Of a DNA stretch of 64,000 nucleotides, positions 12,421 to 26,034 are shown one piece after another. Each line of letters opens with the position of its first letter. The first letter of the stretch is position 1. This stretch comes from Eledone cirrhosa (taxonomy: Eukaryota), in contig OZ024766.1 of the NCBI GenBank assembly GCA_964016885.1, positions 11,222,001-11,286,000 on the forward strand, in the 5' to 3' direction. A program made the position numbers and the translations under genes. Under the pieces are notes generated by a model. It had not been told where the DNA came from and did no database searches. It saw only the letters and a program-made list of their open reading frames with translations.

Positions 12421-14190
12421 GATAGAGATAGATAGATTTCTTTATTTGCCACAAGGGCGCACAAGAAAAGGGGACAAAACAGACATATGCCAGGGATTTT
12501 ACATACAATCGTGTAAAAAAATATGCAGCAAACGATTATAAATCCCCAATAGGGGGGAGGCGTCACAAATGGGTTGTTTAATACCCCGTCGATAGAACAA
12601 CCCTCAACTTCAGGAGCGTGTAGTGCAAGTGCTCCTTTCTTCCTTTTGCTCTCTTCTTCAACCTACAGAGAAGGCCCAATCACTCGGGCCATTTTTGCCA
12701 CATTCACCCACCTTTCAGTAAATTTACTGGGGTGCAGTGCCTCTCTCTCCACCCTGATTCTCCTTCTAAAGTGGTACCTAAAGAAGGGAATCAATTGTTG
12801 TCCGGAGAGAAAGGCATCTGTCCTCAGTCCTCTCAACCTCGTCCACCATATAACACCTTTCAGTAAATTTACTGGGGTGCAGTGCCTCTCTCTCCACTCT
12901 GATGCTCCCTCTAAAGTGGTACCTAAAGAAGGGAATCAATTGTTGTCCGGAGAGGAAGGCATCTGTCCTCAGTCCTCTCAACCTCGTCCACCATATAACT
13001 TCTTTCACCATAGCCACCGTTTTTGAAAGAAGCTGGCGGTTTGATCCTTACTATGGACTCGGCAGTCAACTGGATTTGTCCCATACGCGACAGCAGTTGT
13101 TCTGCATAGTCCCACAGGTCGGTTACGCCCGGGCAGTGTACAATTGCGTGCAGGACGGTTTCAATGTCCTGCGCGCATCTTGGACACATCCTCTTGGAAG
13201 GATCCCTGCCGGGGCGTCCGTGCCTGTAGATCTTGTCACAAACTGTTAGAGCTCTTCGGTAGCACTGCCAGGCCAGGGACCTCTGGAAGTTGTCCATAGG
13301 TCCCGGGCGGAAAGTCCTACCAAACAGACTGGTGAGCTCGTCATCTTCGACGCCCAGAGTCTCTCCGAGTATGCTGTCGCCCTTGTGACGTACTAACCCT
13401 CTATAGAATGTCGAAGTGGAGACTCCACTGATTGCCATACCCGCTTGACAGAGGACTGTGAGCGCATGAGTGCATTCAATGTGCCAGGCGCCCATCTTCT
13501 TCGGTCTTCGCTTGACCCAGGACTGCAGCCCCGTCAGCGAGACAAGTTGCGGGAAGGCCTGTCTCACAAACGGCTCCGATGGGTAGCTGTTCACCTTGAC
13601 CATCGAGCAGATATTGGTGTGCATTGCAGCGATCCAGCCTCTGAAGACGGGTCCGAAACCGGCCACTTTGAGAACTGCTTCCAAGTATCAATGGTCGACC
13701 CTATCGAACACCTTAGACTGATCTAAATTGATCAGAGCCCCACCAAAGCCGGGTTTACACCCCACCCTCTCTATGATGTATCGCATGAGGTGGAGGTTGT
13801 CGTGTATGGAGCTGGTCAGGATTGCACACGTTTGCGCTTCCCCTACCAGGTTCTCGACGACAAGCACCAACGCCGTTGCCAACACCTTGGCCAAAATCTT
13901 TAACTCTGTGTTGAGCAGAGTTAGGGGCCTAAAATCGCTTAGTTCGTCCCCCTTGTTCTCGTCTTTCCTCATCTGTGTTACTACACCCTTGCCTGCAGAA
14001 CTGGGAATTCTCCCGTTCTGCTGCCAGTTGTAGTAGACGGCCTCGAGGACACCAGAGAACAAGTCCAACATGCCTATGTAAAACTCATAGGGTAGACCAT
14101 CTAGACCGGGTGACTTGTGTTTCCTGCAACAACCCAGAGTGTCCCATATCTCAGTGGTTGTCATCGGTCTATCACAGAACTCGGCGTCCA
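12421..14190 (-). mobile_element. L1/Tx1-clade LINE remnant (5'-truncated, RT core deleted, in-frame stop)
   Basis: KSPGLDGLPYEFY, DFRPLTLLNTELKILAKVLA, LDQSKVFDRVDH*YL (in-frame TGA at 13688-13690), zf-RVT-like CPRCAQDIETVLHAIVHC. No YADD region. AATAAA plus (TCTA)n tail near 12421-12445. Confidence 0.85.
12709..12999. repeat. 145-bp direct tandem duplication inside the L1/Tx1 3' region
   Basis: cctttcagtaaatttactgggg occurs at 12711 and 12856, and the downstream sequence is nearly identical. Confidence 0.85.
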
Positions 14191-14214
14191 TGCTATATAT
14201 ATATATATATATAT

Positions 14215-14585
14215 ATATAAAGAAAAAAGGATGAAATCGAAAATGCAACTGAAGTCTAATTTTTTTTTTTTTTTTTTTTTTTTTTTATTATATATATTTA
14301 TTTGGTTCCTTTACCGGTTTCGCAGTTCTTCTGCTTTTCAAAAGGTGAGTTGAGATGGAGGGTCTGTGGTTTGTCTCACATCAGATGTGAGAAAAACCAC
14401 AGACCCTCCATCTCAACTCACCTTTTGAAAAGCAGAAGAACTGCGAAACCGGTAAAGGAACCAAATAAATATATATATTTTAAAAAAAAATAAGACTCCA
14501 GTTGCATTTTCGATTTCATCTTTTTTTCTTTATACTTCCACTCGTGTAGGACACCTCGGTTATTTTTCATTTTGTAAAAAAAACC
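14215..14585. mobile_element. Fold-back element (~320-bp inverted duplication)
   Basis: Left arm 14215-14371 pairs with 14395-14534. It contains TTGAAAA-GCAG-AAGAA-CTGC-GAAAC. A related piece is at 5625-5740. Confidence 0.65.
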
Positions 14586-14826
14586 TCACTTTCTAATATA
14601 TATATATATATATATACAGAGAGAGAGAGAGAGATATGCTTTATAAGCGAGTACTCGCGAATCTCTGGTGTGTATGTGTGTGTGTGTGTATATATATGTG
14701 TGTATGTGTGTGTATATATATGTGTGTGTGTGTATATATATGTGTGTGTATATATATATGTGTGTATATATATATGTGTGTGTGTATATGTGTGTGTGTA
14801 TATATATGTGTGAGTGTGTATATATA

Positions 14827-14857
<31 letters not shown>

Positions 14858-14888
14858 GTGTGTGTGTATATATATATATATATGTGTA

Positions 14889-14946
<58 letters not shown>

Positions 14947-15046
14947 CATGATGATGTTTGTTTTTGAAATGCGCATAATAAAATACATGGAACTCCTTTA
15001 ACCATCTTTTGATCTTATATTATATATATATATATATGTGTGTGCG

Positions 15047-15079
<33 letters not shown>

Positions 15080-15654
15080 ATATATGTGTGTGTGTGTTTG
15101 TGTATATATGTGTGTGTATATATATGTGTTTGTATATATATATATGTGTGTGTGTGTATATGTGTCTGCATATCTGTGTGTATATACATATATGTGTGTG
15201 TGTCTATATATGTGGGCCTGTATATCTGTGTGTGTATATATATATATATATACGTATGTGTCTGTTTGTATATATGTGTGTGTATATATGTGTGTATATA
15301 TGTGTGTGTATATATATATATGTATGGGTGCGTGTATATATAGATATGGGTGAGTGTCTGTATATATATATATATATGTGTATGTGTGTGTGTATATGTA
15401 TATATATATGTGTGTGTGTATATATATATGTGTGTGTATATATATATATATATATATGTGTGTGTATATATATATATATGTGTGTGTGTATATATATATA
15501 TGTGTGTGTGTATATATATAGATATGTGTGTGTGTATGTGTATATATATATGTGTGTGTGTATGTGTATATATATATATATATATATGTGTGTGTGCGCT
15601 CTCTACTCAATGTATTATAATAAATAATACTTCTCATCATTTAATACCTGCAAT

Positions 15655-15932
15655 TATCATGATCATCATCATCATCATCATTTTCCATCCACTTTTCCCT
15701 GCTTGCAAGGGTGGGACGGGAACTGATTCTGGCTTGATTTCTACAGCTGGATGCCCTTCCTAACACCAACCCCATTTACAGTGAGTGCTGGGTGCTTTTT
15801 TTGCCGTGGCACCTCCACGACCACTTTGCAGTGGAATGATAGGGACCCCAGTCCCTATCATCTCATTTCTACAGCTGAGTAAACTGGAGCAATGTGAAAT
15901 AAAGTGTCTTGCTCAAGGAAATAACACATCAC
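15655..15932 (-). mobile_element. SINE family A, 5'-truncated
   Basis: Reverse complement of the body and tail of 34184-34520. Confidence 0.8.
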
Positions 15933-16024
15933 ATTATTTTTATATTATGTTTATATAATTACATATATGATATACATCCTCTTCCATACACACCTACATA
16001 CGTCTACACACACACACACTCACA

Positions 16025-16061
<37 letters not shown>

Positions 16062-16250
16062 TTATATATATATTTGTGTGTGTGTGTGTGTGTTTGTGTA
16101 AATGTATGTAGGTTTGTGTATGTATATATATATATATATATATGTACATGCATACATAAAGACACACGTATATATATAAATATATATACCTAACATAAAT
16201 ATATAAATAGAGAGAGAAAGAGATAAGCATACACACACACATATATATAT

Positions 16251-16282
<32 letters not shown>

Positions 16283-16414
16283 GTAGAAGTTATATTTAAA
16301 TTGTTGGGATACAACAAGCAAATATTTTTATAACTGATATAAAGCACTCAACAAATTTTTGGAGTAAAAATACAATATATTAACAAATGGAAACTATATT
16401 TATAAAACCATATT

Positions 16415-16479
16415 TATTTCATTATACATATTTCAAGGACACCAAATCAAATTATGGTGCGCTTTCATCAGATAAAATA
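16415..16479 (-). ncRNA. Type I hammerhead ribozyme (Penelope-type)
   Basis: TATTTTAT-CTGATGA-AAGCGCACCA[loop]TGGTGTCCTT-GAAA-TATGTA-TA-ATGAAATA. Confidence 0.72.
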
Positions 16480-16544
16480 TAATCTTGAAATATGTATAAT
16501 GAAATAAATATGGTTTTATAAATATAGTTTCCATTTGTTAATAT

Positions 16545-16588
<44 letters not shown>

Positions 16589-16805
16589 TATATATATTTA
16601 AAGGTTAAACAAGGTTCAATGAATAAATCAAAGAATGAGTTTTACAATACATTGGAAGCACTCCACGGGATTTGGTTTTCACACGCACCTTCTGTATTAT
16701 ATGTAATTTTTTCATGTCTCAATCTTAAGGTATATAAAATATCTTATTCACTACCATGACTGAATCTTAACCATCTACTAAGTCAGGGTATGTCATGCAT
16801 CATCT

Positions 16806-16872
16806 TATTTTATCTGATGAGGACGTACTGTTGAAGTTAGCTCAGTACCTCTGAAATATGTATAATAAAATA
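16806..16872 (+). ncRNA. Type I hammerhead ribozyme (Penelope-type)
   Basis: TATTTTAT-CTGATGA-GGACGTACTG[loop]CAGTACCTCT-GAAA-TATGTA-TA-ATAAAATA: intact core, 8-bp stem I, 10-position stem II. Confidence 0.75.
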
Positions 16873-17016
16873 TCCTTGATCACACGAATGTCTATATTTG
16901 TTAATATTTTGAATTAATATATATATATATGTATACATGCATACAAAAAGACACACACATATATATAAATATATATATCTATCATAAATATATCAATAGA
17001 GAGAGAAAGAGATAAG

Positions 17017-17068
<52 letters not shown>

Positions 17069-17180
17069 AGAGAGTATTGAAGTTTGCTTATATATATATG
17101 TATGTATGTATGTATGTATACATGCATATATATATATATATATAAAGAAGAAATTAAAAGATGGTTCAAAAAGTTCCATA

Positions 17181-17248
17181 TATTTTATTATGCGCATTTC
17201 GAAAACATCATCCTGGGACAAAAAATTGTCTTCTTATCAGATAAAATA
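17181..17248 (-). ncRNA. Degenerate type I hammerhead (core CTGATAA)
   Basis: TATTTTAT-CTGATAA-GAAGACA[loop]TGTTTTC-GAAA-TGCGCA-TA-ATAAAATA; a G8A core change. Confidence 0.55.
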
Positions 17249-17309
17249 AGGTAACATATATATATATATACATATATACACATATACATATACATACACA
17301 TAAGGTAAC

Positions 17310-17340
<31 letters not shown>

Positions 17341-18159
17341 TATATACACATAAGGTAACACATATATATATATATATATACACATACATATATATATATA
17401 CATATACATAAGATAACATATATATATATATACACACATATACATACACATAAGGTAACATATATATATATATATATACATATACATACACATAAGGTAA
17501 CATATATATATATATATATACATATACATAAGGTAACATATATATATATATATATACATATACATAAGGTAACACATATATATATATATATATATACATA
17601 TATATACATATACATAAGGTAACATATATATATATATATACATATACATACATACACATATATACACATATACATATGTGTGTAAGTTCGCGTTTAATTG
17701 TTTTACGACATTCAATTATCTCCCTTTGTCAGTGTTAACTGTTTCTACGTTGTACAGCACACAATTTATATAAACATATATATATATATATACACATCTG
17801 TATATATAAATATAAATATATAGATAGATACATATGTATATATATATGTGTGTATATACATACACATATATACACACACATGTGTATAAGACCTGTTTGT
17901 GGTAGCAGACAGTTCCCCCATACAACATGACGTAAGACGAGAGTAAAACCACCCAAAAGACAGACATAACATTGGACTACCTCGGATATACAGTGTATAT
18001 ATATATATATATACATTGTGTATATATATATATATATTATATATATATATATATAGTATTACAGAGACCAAATACCCTATTGGATATATATATATATACT
18101 GATATATATATATACATACATTTTCATACGGACATATATTATACATCATATATATATAT

Positions 18160-18198
<39 letters not shown>

Positions 18199-18649
18199 CT
18201 TTTACCTGTTCCAGCCATCCGGCTGAGGCCATGCTGCAGCACCGCCCTTGGATATATATATATATATATAATTGATCAAAGGATTTTACTGGATATATAC
18301 ATGCATATATACATATATATATAGCACACACATACACACACGGACACACATATATATATATATATACATACACACATACATACGTACTTACGTACATACA
18401 TAAATACACATACATATATACATATATATACAGCACACACATACACGGACACACATATATATATATATATATACACATATACATACGTACTTACGTACAT
18501 ACATAAATACACATACATATATACATATATATATAGCACACACATACATACACGGACACATATATATATATACACACATACATATACATACGTACTTACG
18601 TACATACATAAATAGATACATACACACATACATACATATATATATATAC

Positions 18650-18683
<34 letters not shown>

Positions 18684-18851
18684 GTATACATACGTAGATG
18701 TATGTATGTATGATGTGTATATATAAGTGATTATCTATGGGTGGGTGTCAGTTGGGAAGTGGCGCGGCTGTCGGTGGTGGTGGTCGTTTTTATCTTTTCT
18801 TTTTGCGGCTTAACTACCTTTCTACCTCTTTTGTCTAAACAACACATATAT

Positions 18852-18884
<33 letters not shown>

Positions 18885-18997
18885 CACGGGTGTATGTGTA
18901 TATATATATATACATACATACGTACGTAAACACATAAATATATTTGCCTTCCCCCGCCCACCCCCGATTTATATATAAAGTGTGTATATATACATAC

Positions 18998-19028
<31 letters not shown>

Positions 19029-19093
19029 CATACATATATATATATATATATTATATATTAGTCTTGCCCCACCCACCCCCGTGTTATAGATAA

Positions 19094-19130
<37 letters not shown>

Positions 19131-19354
19131 CGTGTATTATATATATATATATATATATACATACGTGTGTGGTGTATATATATATATATATATACACATA
19201 CGTGTGTGTATGTATATATATATATATATATATGTCTTATAACCCACCCACACCCGCGTTATAGATAACTGTATATACATACGTGTATATATAAATACAC
19301 ATACGTGTGTGTGTATATATGCATAGATAGATATATACATACGTGTGTGTGTGA

Positions 19355-19398
<44 letters not shown>

Positions 19399-19454
19399 GA
19401 GTCATAGACCGGACAAAGGCAACTAAAGAACTACACCAACATTCATACACACAC

Positions 19455-19646
19455 ACACTATAGTACTACCACCACCACCACTACTTACCACTACTACTAC
19501 ACCCTATACCATTGTACTACCACCTTAATTAATTGTCCACTACGCTATATACTACAAACCATCCATCCATCACTACTACTTCCTGTACTGTAAACTGACC
19601 ACTACTACTAGCACCTACACCTCTCACAAGCACCACGTAAACCACC

Positions 19647-19693
<47 letters not shown>

Positions 19694-22020
19694 CACAACC
19701 ACCACTACCACCACTACCACCTATACCTCTTCTAACAACCACCACTTCTTCCTGTACATCTAAACTGACCACTACTACCACCTAAACCACCACCACCACT
19801 ACTACTACCACCACTAACACCTATACAACCAACACCACCACCACTATCACCTGTACCTCTCCTAACCACCACCACCACCACCACTTCTTCCTGTACATCT
19901 AAACTGACCACTACTACCACCTAAACCACCACCACCACTACTACTACCACCACTAACACCTATACAACCAACACCACCACCACTATCACCTGTACCTCTC
20001 CTAACCACCACCACCACCACCACTTCTTCCTGTACATCTAAACTGACCACTACTACCACCTAAACCACCACCACCACTACTACTACCGCCACTAACACCT
20101 ATACAACCAACACCACCACCACTATCACCTGTACCTCTCCTAACCACCACCACCACCACTTCTTCCTGCACATCTAAACTGACCTCTACTACCACATCAG
20201 CCACTCCCAACCACCACCACTACAACCGCCTACACCACTCCTAACAACCACCACTACAACCGCCTACACCACTCCTAACAACCACCACCACTACCTAAAT
20301 TACTCCTACTACAACCGCCACTACATTTATTTAAATCTAAATTGAACACCACTCACTACATCCACCACCACCTATACTCTAAAATGACCACCACTATCTC
20401 CTACACAACTCCTACTACTACCACCACTACCACCTATACTCTAAACTGACCAGCACCATCTCCTACTACCACCCCTACTACTACCACAGGGCACCACTCC
20501 TAACAACCGCCACCGCCAACAACATTACAACCACCAACACCACCACCACCACCACCCTGTAGAACAACACCACATCACGTCGCCCCCAAACCACCTTAAC
20601 AACACCACACCTAACTACGACGCAACACCGCCTCCACCACACCACACCACACCACACCACACCACACTCACCAAGTCTACAACACCACCACCCCCTAACA
20701 AACCAACCAACAACTACTACAACCACCACCATCACACCACAGCCTCCCCACCACCAATAAGCACCACACAACACCACCACCCCAACAACGACTACAACCT
20801 CAACCATCACACCACTCCCAAACAATCACCACACCACAGCATCCCCACCACCAATAAGCACCACACAACACCACCACCCCAACAACGACTACAACCTCAA
20901 CCATCACACCACTCCCAAACAATCACCACACCACAGCATCCTCACCACCAATAAGCACCACACAACACCACCACCCCAACAACGACCACAACCACCACAC
21001 CACTCCCAAACAATCACCACATCACCACCACCCCAACAACAACTACAACCTCAACCATCACACCACTCCCAAACAATCACCACATCACAGCCTCCCCACC
21101 ACCAATAAGCACCACACAACACCACCACCCCAACAACAACCACAACCACCACACCACTCCCAAACAATCACCACATCACCACCACCCCAACAACAACTAC
21201 AACCTCCACCATCACACCACCCCCAAACGACAACACAACACAACACAACACCACACCACACACACCCTCCTAAACCCATTTCCCCTCCCACGCACAACAC
21301 AACACACCCCTCCAACAACAACAAGCACCACCAGCACACCCATCAGATTCCTCTCCCACACAACGACACAACACCACCCCTTCTAAACTCTTCTCACCTC
21401 CCACGCACAACACAACACCACACACACCCCTCCAAAAACAACAGCATCACAACCACCATACACACCCCTTCTTAAATTCGTCTCCATTCCCACACACCAC
21501 AACCACCATAACAACATCACCCCCCCCTCCTAAACCCTTCTGCCATCACAGAACACCACCACCACAACCACACTACCACAACACCACCACAACACCACCA
21601 CCACCACAACCACACTACCAAAACAACACCACCACAACCACACAACCACAACAACACTACCACAACAACAACAACAACACCACCACCACTACAACAACAA
21701 CACCACTACAACAACAACACCACCACCACTACAACAACACTACCACAACAACACCACCACCACTACAACACCACCACCACACCCCTCTCCCATCACACAA
21801 CACCACTACCACCCCAACACCACAACACAACACAACAGCGCAACACACCACAACAACCACAACATAACACAACCCCAACACCACAACACAACACAACAGC
21901 GCAACACACCACAACAACCACAACATAACACAACACCAACACCACCACAACACCACCACCACAACAACCACAACACCACAACACAACACCACAACACCAC
22001 CACCACAACACAACACAACA
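19455..22020. repeat. ACC/ACA-rich low-complexity block with 139-bp repeats, immediately upstream of the GAK ATG
   Basis: cctaaccaccacc..cttcttcctgtacatctaaactgacc recurs at a 139-bp period (about 19862, 20001, 20140). Confidence 0.9.
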
Positions 22021-22074
22021 CCCGTCCAACAAGAAGAACCAGCACGGCCATCAAACTTCTACTTTAATGAAAAT

Positions 22075-22207
22075 ATGGCAGATTTTCTAAAATCTGCCTT
22101 TGGTTATTTAAGTGGAGGGAATCCTGGGCGTGAGGACAATGACTTTGTTGGTCAGAGTGTGGAGTTAGGGCAGCAGAAGCTGAGGGTGAAGAGTGTCATA
22201 GCTGAAG
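22075..22207 (+). CDS. GAK: Cyclin G-associated kinase / auxilin, first coding exon (44 codons + 1 nt, phase-1 intron follows)
   Basis: Translation MADFLKSAFGYLSGGNPGREDNDFVGQSVELGQQKLRVKSVIAEG matches the GAK N-terminus as I recall it (DFVGQTVELG-LRLRV--VLAEGG, start of the kinase Gly-loop). Strong start context aatATGg. Canonical donor GAAG|gtaagt at 22208. Confidence 0.9.
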
Positions 22208-22224
22208 GTAAGTCCACTTGTGTG

Positions 22225-22835
22225 TATATATATCATCATCATCATCATCATCATCATCATCGTTTGACGTCCATCTTCCACGCTAGCATGGGTTTAGACG
22301 GGGATTTTCCCACTTGAGGCAAGAATGGTTGTCTTGCTCTTATAGGACTGTCTGGCAGGTTTTCTACGGCTGGATGCCCTTCCTAACACCGACCACGTTT
22401 ACAGTGTGGAACTGGGAGGTTTTTACCGTGTTACCTACACGGCCACATTACAGCGTGGACTGTGTGTTTCTTTGTTGTGACACCTACACAACCTCATTTA
22501 TTTAGGACTGGATGTTGTGGTACCAACATAGCTTTACATCAAAAAGGGTGGTGTAGATGGTGGTGGGGGTAGGGTTGGAACGGGGGTGTATTTTGGTTAA
22601 GAGGTGCCTACTGACTGTAGGTTTCACTTTGTACTTAGGCAAGGCGGGTCTTCTGTATTACTGCATAGCGCCAAAGATCTTGGTCCAGTGACATTGTCTT
22701 GGAGAGGTGTAAGCGTGTGAGGTCGGATTTTATCAGATCATCCCAGGTGTTTCTCGGTCTGCCTACTCCGTGGCTACCGTCTATTTTGATCGCCCTGCAC
22801 TTTTTTATACAGCTGTCGTCTTTCATGCGCATCAT
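22225..22835 (-). mobile_element. RTE-type LINE 3' end (ORF C-terminus + 3' UTR + (GAT)n)
   Basis: MRMKDDSCIKKC..GVGRPRNTWDDLIKSDL; UTR with aggaagggcatccagc; (atc)n tail. Confidence 0.8.
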
Positions 22836-23112
22836 ATATATATATAAATATATTAATAATTGTTTCTACTTTAGGCACAAGGCCAGCAATTACCTAGTGC
22901 ATTACTGGTACTTTATTTTATTGACCCCGTAAGGATGAAAGGCAAAGTCAACCTCGGCGGGATTTGAACTCATACACACATATTATAAATATATTAATAA
23001 TAATAATAAATTTCAGAAGATCCCGTTAAGGGTGAAAGCAGCGATTTTTTTTTTTTTTTTTTTTTTGCTTAAACTTTAATCTGTTATTTTAATAAATATA
23101 TATATATATATA

Positions 23113-23530
23113 TCATCATCATCACCGTTTTACGTCTGTTCTTCCACGCTAGCATGGGTTAGACGGGTTGTCCTGTTGTGGGCAGTGTCTGGTCGGCTGA
23201 CCATGCCTTGCTCATACAGGAACTGATTTGGCTTGATTTCTACAGCTGGATGCCCTTCCTAACACCAACCTCATTTACAGTGAGTGCTGGGTGCTTTTTC
23301 GTGGCGCCTACACGTCCACTTTACAGTGTGGGCTGGGTGCTTTTTTGCCGTGGCACCTCCACGACCACCTTGCGGTGGGGGTGTGGGGGCATATTGTCTA
23401 TATGCTTCAGCTTGTACCCATGGGAGGTCGGGTACTCTGTATTACTGCATGACGCCAGAAGTCACGGTCGTGTGTCATTGTCTTTGAGAGGTGTAATTGG
23501 GTAAGGTCGGCTTTTATCACCTCATCCCAT
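23113..23530 (-). mobile_element. RTE-type LINE 3' end / UTR (same tail as 62270-62525)
   Basis: Near-identical to the reverse complement of 62270-62525, plus the ORF end. Confidence 0.8.
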
Positions 23531-23806
23531 ATATATATATATATAACCAAAGTTTAATATGGTTCATTGATTACTCAATGAATATAGTTTTACAATAGAT
23601 TGAAAGCACTCTACAAGGAAAGTTTTCTGGAGTTAGTGATATTATTCAAAATATTAATAAATGAAGACATTCACATAATATTGTGAATGTCTTCATTTAT
23701 TAATATTTTGAATAATATATATATATATATAAAACAAAATAAGTGAATGTGATTCTTGTCTAATTAACTATTTTATATTTCCTGCATTGCTAGATATATT
23801 GACAGT

Positions 23807-24284
23807 GGAGGCACATGGCTTAGTGGTTAGAGCATTGGCCTTGCAATCGAAAGGTTGTGAGTTCAATTCTCAGACCGGGTGATGTGTTGTTTCCTTGAGC
23901 GAGACACTTTATTTCACATTGCTCTAGTTTACTCAGCTGTAGAAATGAGACGATAGGGACTGGGGTCCCTATCATTCCACTGTAAAGTGGTCGTGGGGGT
24001 GCCACGGCAGAAAAAGCACCCAGCCCACACTGCAAAGAGGTCGTGGAGGTGCCACGGCAAAAAAAGCACCCAGCCCACACTGTAAAGTGGACGTGTAGGC
24101 ATCACGGCAAAAAAGCACCCAGTCCACACTGTAAAGTGGTCGTGGAGGTGCCACAGCAAAAAAGCACCCACTGTAAATGAGGTTGGTGTTAGGAAGGGCA
24201 TCCAGCTGTAGAAATCAAGCCAGAATCAGTTCCCGTCCCACCCTTGCAAGCAGGGAAAAGCGGACGTAAAAATGATGATGATGA
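23807..24284 (+). mobile_element. tRNA-derived SINE family A, full length, with ~4 copies of the 49-bp module
   Basis: A box tggcttagtgg, B box gagttcaattc, CORE-like ccttgagcgagacactt, internal hairpin, RTE-like tail and (gat)n. Confidence 0.85.
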
Positions 24285-24304
24285 TATATATATATTATAT
24301 ATAT

Positions 24305-24495
24305 ATAGGAGTAAGTAAGACCCCGACGGCTGAGCTCAAGCCGTTTCGACGGCTAATTCAGAATTAGCCGTCGAAACGGCTTGAGCTCAGCCGTCGGGGT
24401 CTTACTTACTCCTATTACCCACTCTACTACCCTAAGTATTGAGTACTTTGGTGCGTTATGGTCCACCTGGTTCCTTACCACTTTTCCCTCGCTAT
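24305..24495 (+). mobile_element. Fold-back element family P1 (probable Penelope-like pLTR remnant) with a perfect 55-bp inverted repeat
   Basis: Arms 24305-24359 and 24361-24415 with a 1-nt loop, then the conserved tail tacccactctactaccctaagtattgagtac. Other copies at 1-75, 597-700, 26962-27200, 50214-50325, 57290-57475 and 63732-64000. Confidence 0.7.
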
Positions 24496-24555
24496 TATAT
24501 ATATATATATATATAGATATTAAATAAATGGAAACTATATTTATAAAACCATATT

Positions 24556-24616
24556 TATTCTATTATATATATTTCAAGGGTACCTAAATTTTGGTACGCT
24601 CTCATCAGATAAAATA
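24556..24616 (-). ncRNA. Type I hammerhead ribozyme (Penelope-type)
   Basis: TATTTTAT-CTGATGA-GAGCGTACC[loop]GGTACCCTT-GAAA-TATATA-TA-ATAGAATA. Confidence 0.72.
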
Positions 24617-24717
24617 CAAAATGTTTTATAAATATTTGACATAACCAAGGATAATATACCTTAAGGGTTCAAGTTATCCCTGTTGAATTACCAACAAATT
24701 GAATATCCCTTCTGCTT

Positions 24718-25048
24718 ATCATCATCATCATCATCATCATTTTACGTCCCCTTTTTCCCTGCTTGCAAGGGTGGGACGGGAACTGATTCTGGCTTGATTT
24801 CTACAGCTGGATGCCCTTCCTAACACCAACCTCATTTACAGTGAGTGCTGAGTGCTTTTTTGCCGTGGCACCTCCACGACCACTTTGCAATGGAATGATA
24901 GGGACCCCAGTCCCTATCATCTCATTTCTACAGCTGAGTAAACTGGAGCAATGTGAAATAAAGTGTCTTGCTCAAGGAAACAACACATCACCCGGTCTGA
25001 GAATTGGACTCACAACCTTTCGATTGCAAGGCCAATGCTCTAACCACA
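24718..25048 (-). mobile_element. SINE family A
   Basis: Near-identical reverse complement of 34184-34520. Confidence 0.85.
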
Positions 25049-25103
25049 TATTAAATGTGTTTAGAATTTTGTGTTTCTCAATAAGCAAGTTCTTTCTCTG
25101 TGT

Positions 25104-25137
<34 letters not shown>

Positions 25138-25312
25138 ATGTGTGTGTACATGTATGTGTATGTATACATGTGCACTGTGTATGTATGTATGTATGTATGT
25201 ATGTATTATGTATATATGTACAGATTTTATATAACTGTGTTTAGAGGTATGGGTGTTTGTATGTGTGTGTGTGGGTAACAAATGTATATATAACTCAGTA
25301 TATGTATATATG

Positions 25313-25360
<48 letters not shown>

Positions 25361-26034
25361 CTATGTGTATATATATATATATATTATAGTCCAACCCATG
25401 CTAGTGGAAGATAGATGTTAAACGATGATGATGATGAATATAGAAATGTATATATATATATATATATGTCTGTGTGTGTATATATGTAAATGTGGTTGGT
25501 GTTAGGAAGGGCATCCAACTGTAGAAAACCTGCCAGACAGTCCTATGCGAGCAAGACAATCACTCTTGCCTCAAGTGGGACTACCCCCGTCCAAACCCAT
25601 GCAAGCGTGGAACACGGACGTTAAACGTTGATGATGATGATGATGATGATGATAATACAGCTATGTTTAAGTACTAGTCATAAAGATAATATCTTTGTTG
25701 GACAAAGTATGGAGTTTTGCTGGGGTTTTTTTTATCTCGAGATATAATATTTTCATGAATTTATCTGTTTTTGTCGAAAGGCATCATGGGAATATTTCCT
25801 GTCTCTCTATTCCTTGTGTTATCTTGTATTCATCTTACTAACAGCAGTTCTTCAATCTGTTGTGGAAACTCACATTACAAATGCATTACTCCCATAATGC
25901 ACAAAATTGCTTGCCAGCCAGGTGGCTGATGAAGTGTAATGCAGTTGCCTGTTCAATCGACGTAACTGTTTTTCTGTGTTCATTTTCTGCTGATACTAGG
26001 TTATCATCATTATCATTGTAATTCTATTATCATC

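Noticed and set aside
23807-23880. Functional tRNA genes at the SINE heads
   Set aside because: A and B boxes are present, but there is no proper acceptor or anticodon stem, and the sequence continues into the SINE body.
24811-25278. Recurrent [20 protein letters not shown]... as a gene family
   Set aside because: It is the antisense translation of SINE A / LINE UTR copies.
25680-26030. Possible GAK exon 2 in unique sequence (also checked ~28740, ~29100, ~31100, ~57900 and ~60070)
   Set aside because: I found no GFAFV-like translation after an AG acceptor by eye; tBLASTn is needed to exclude it formally.
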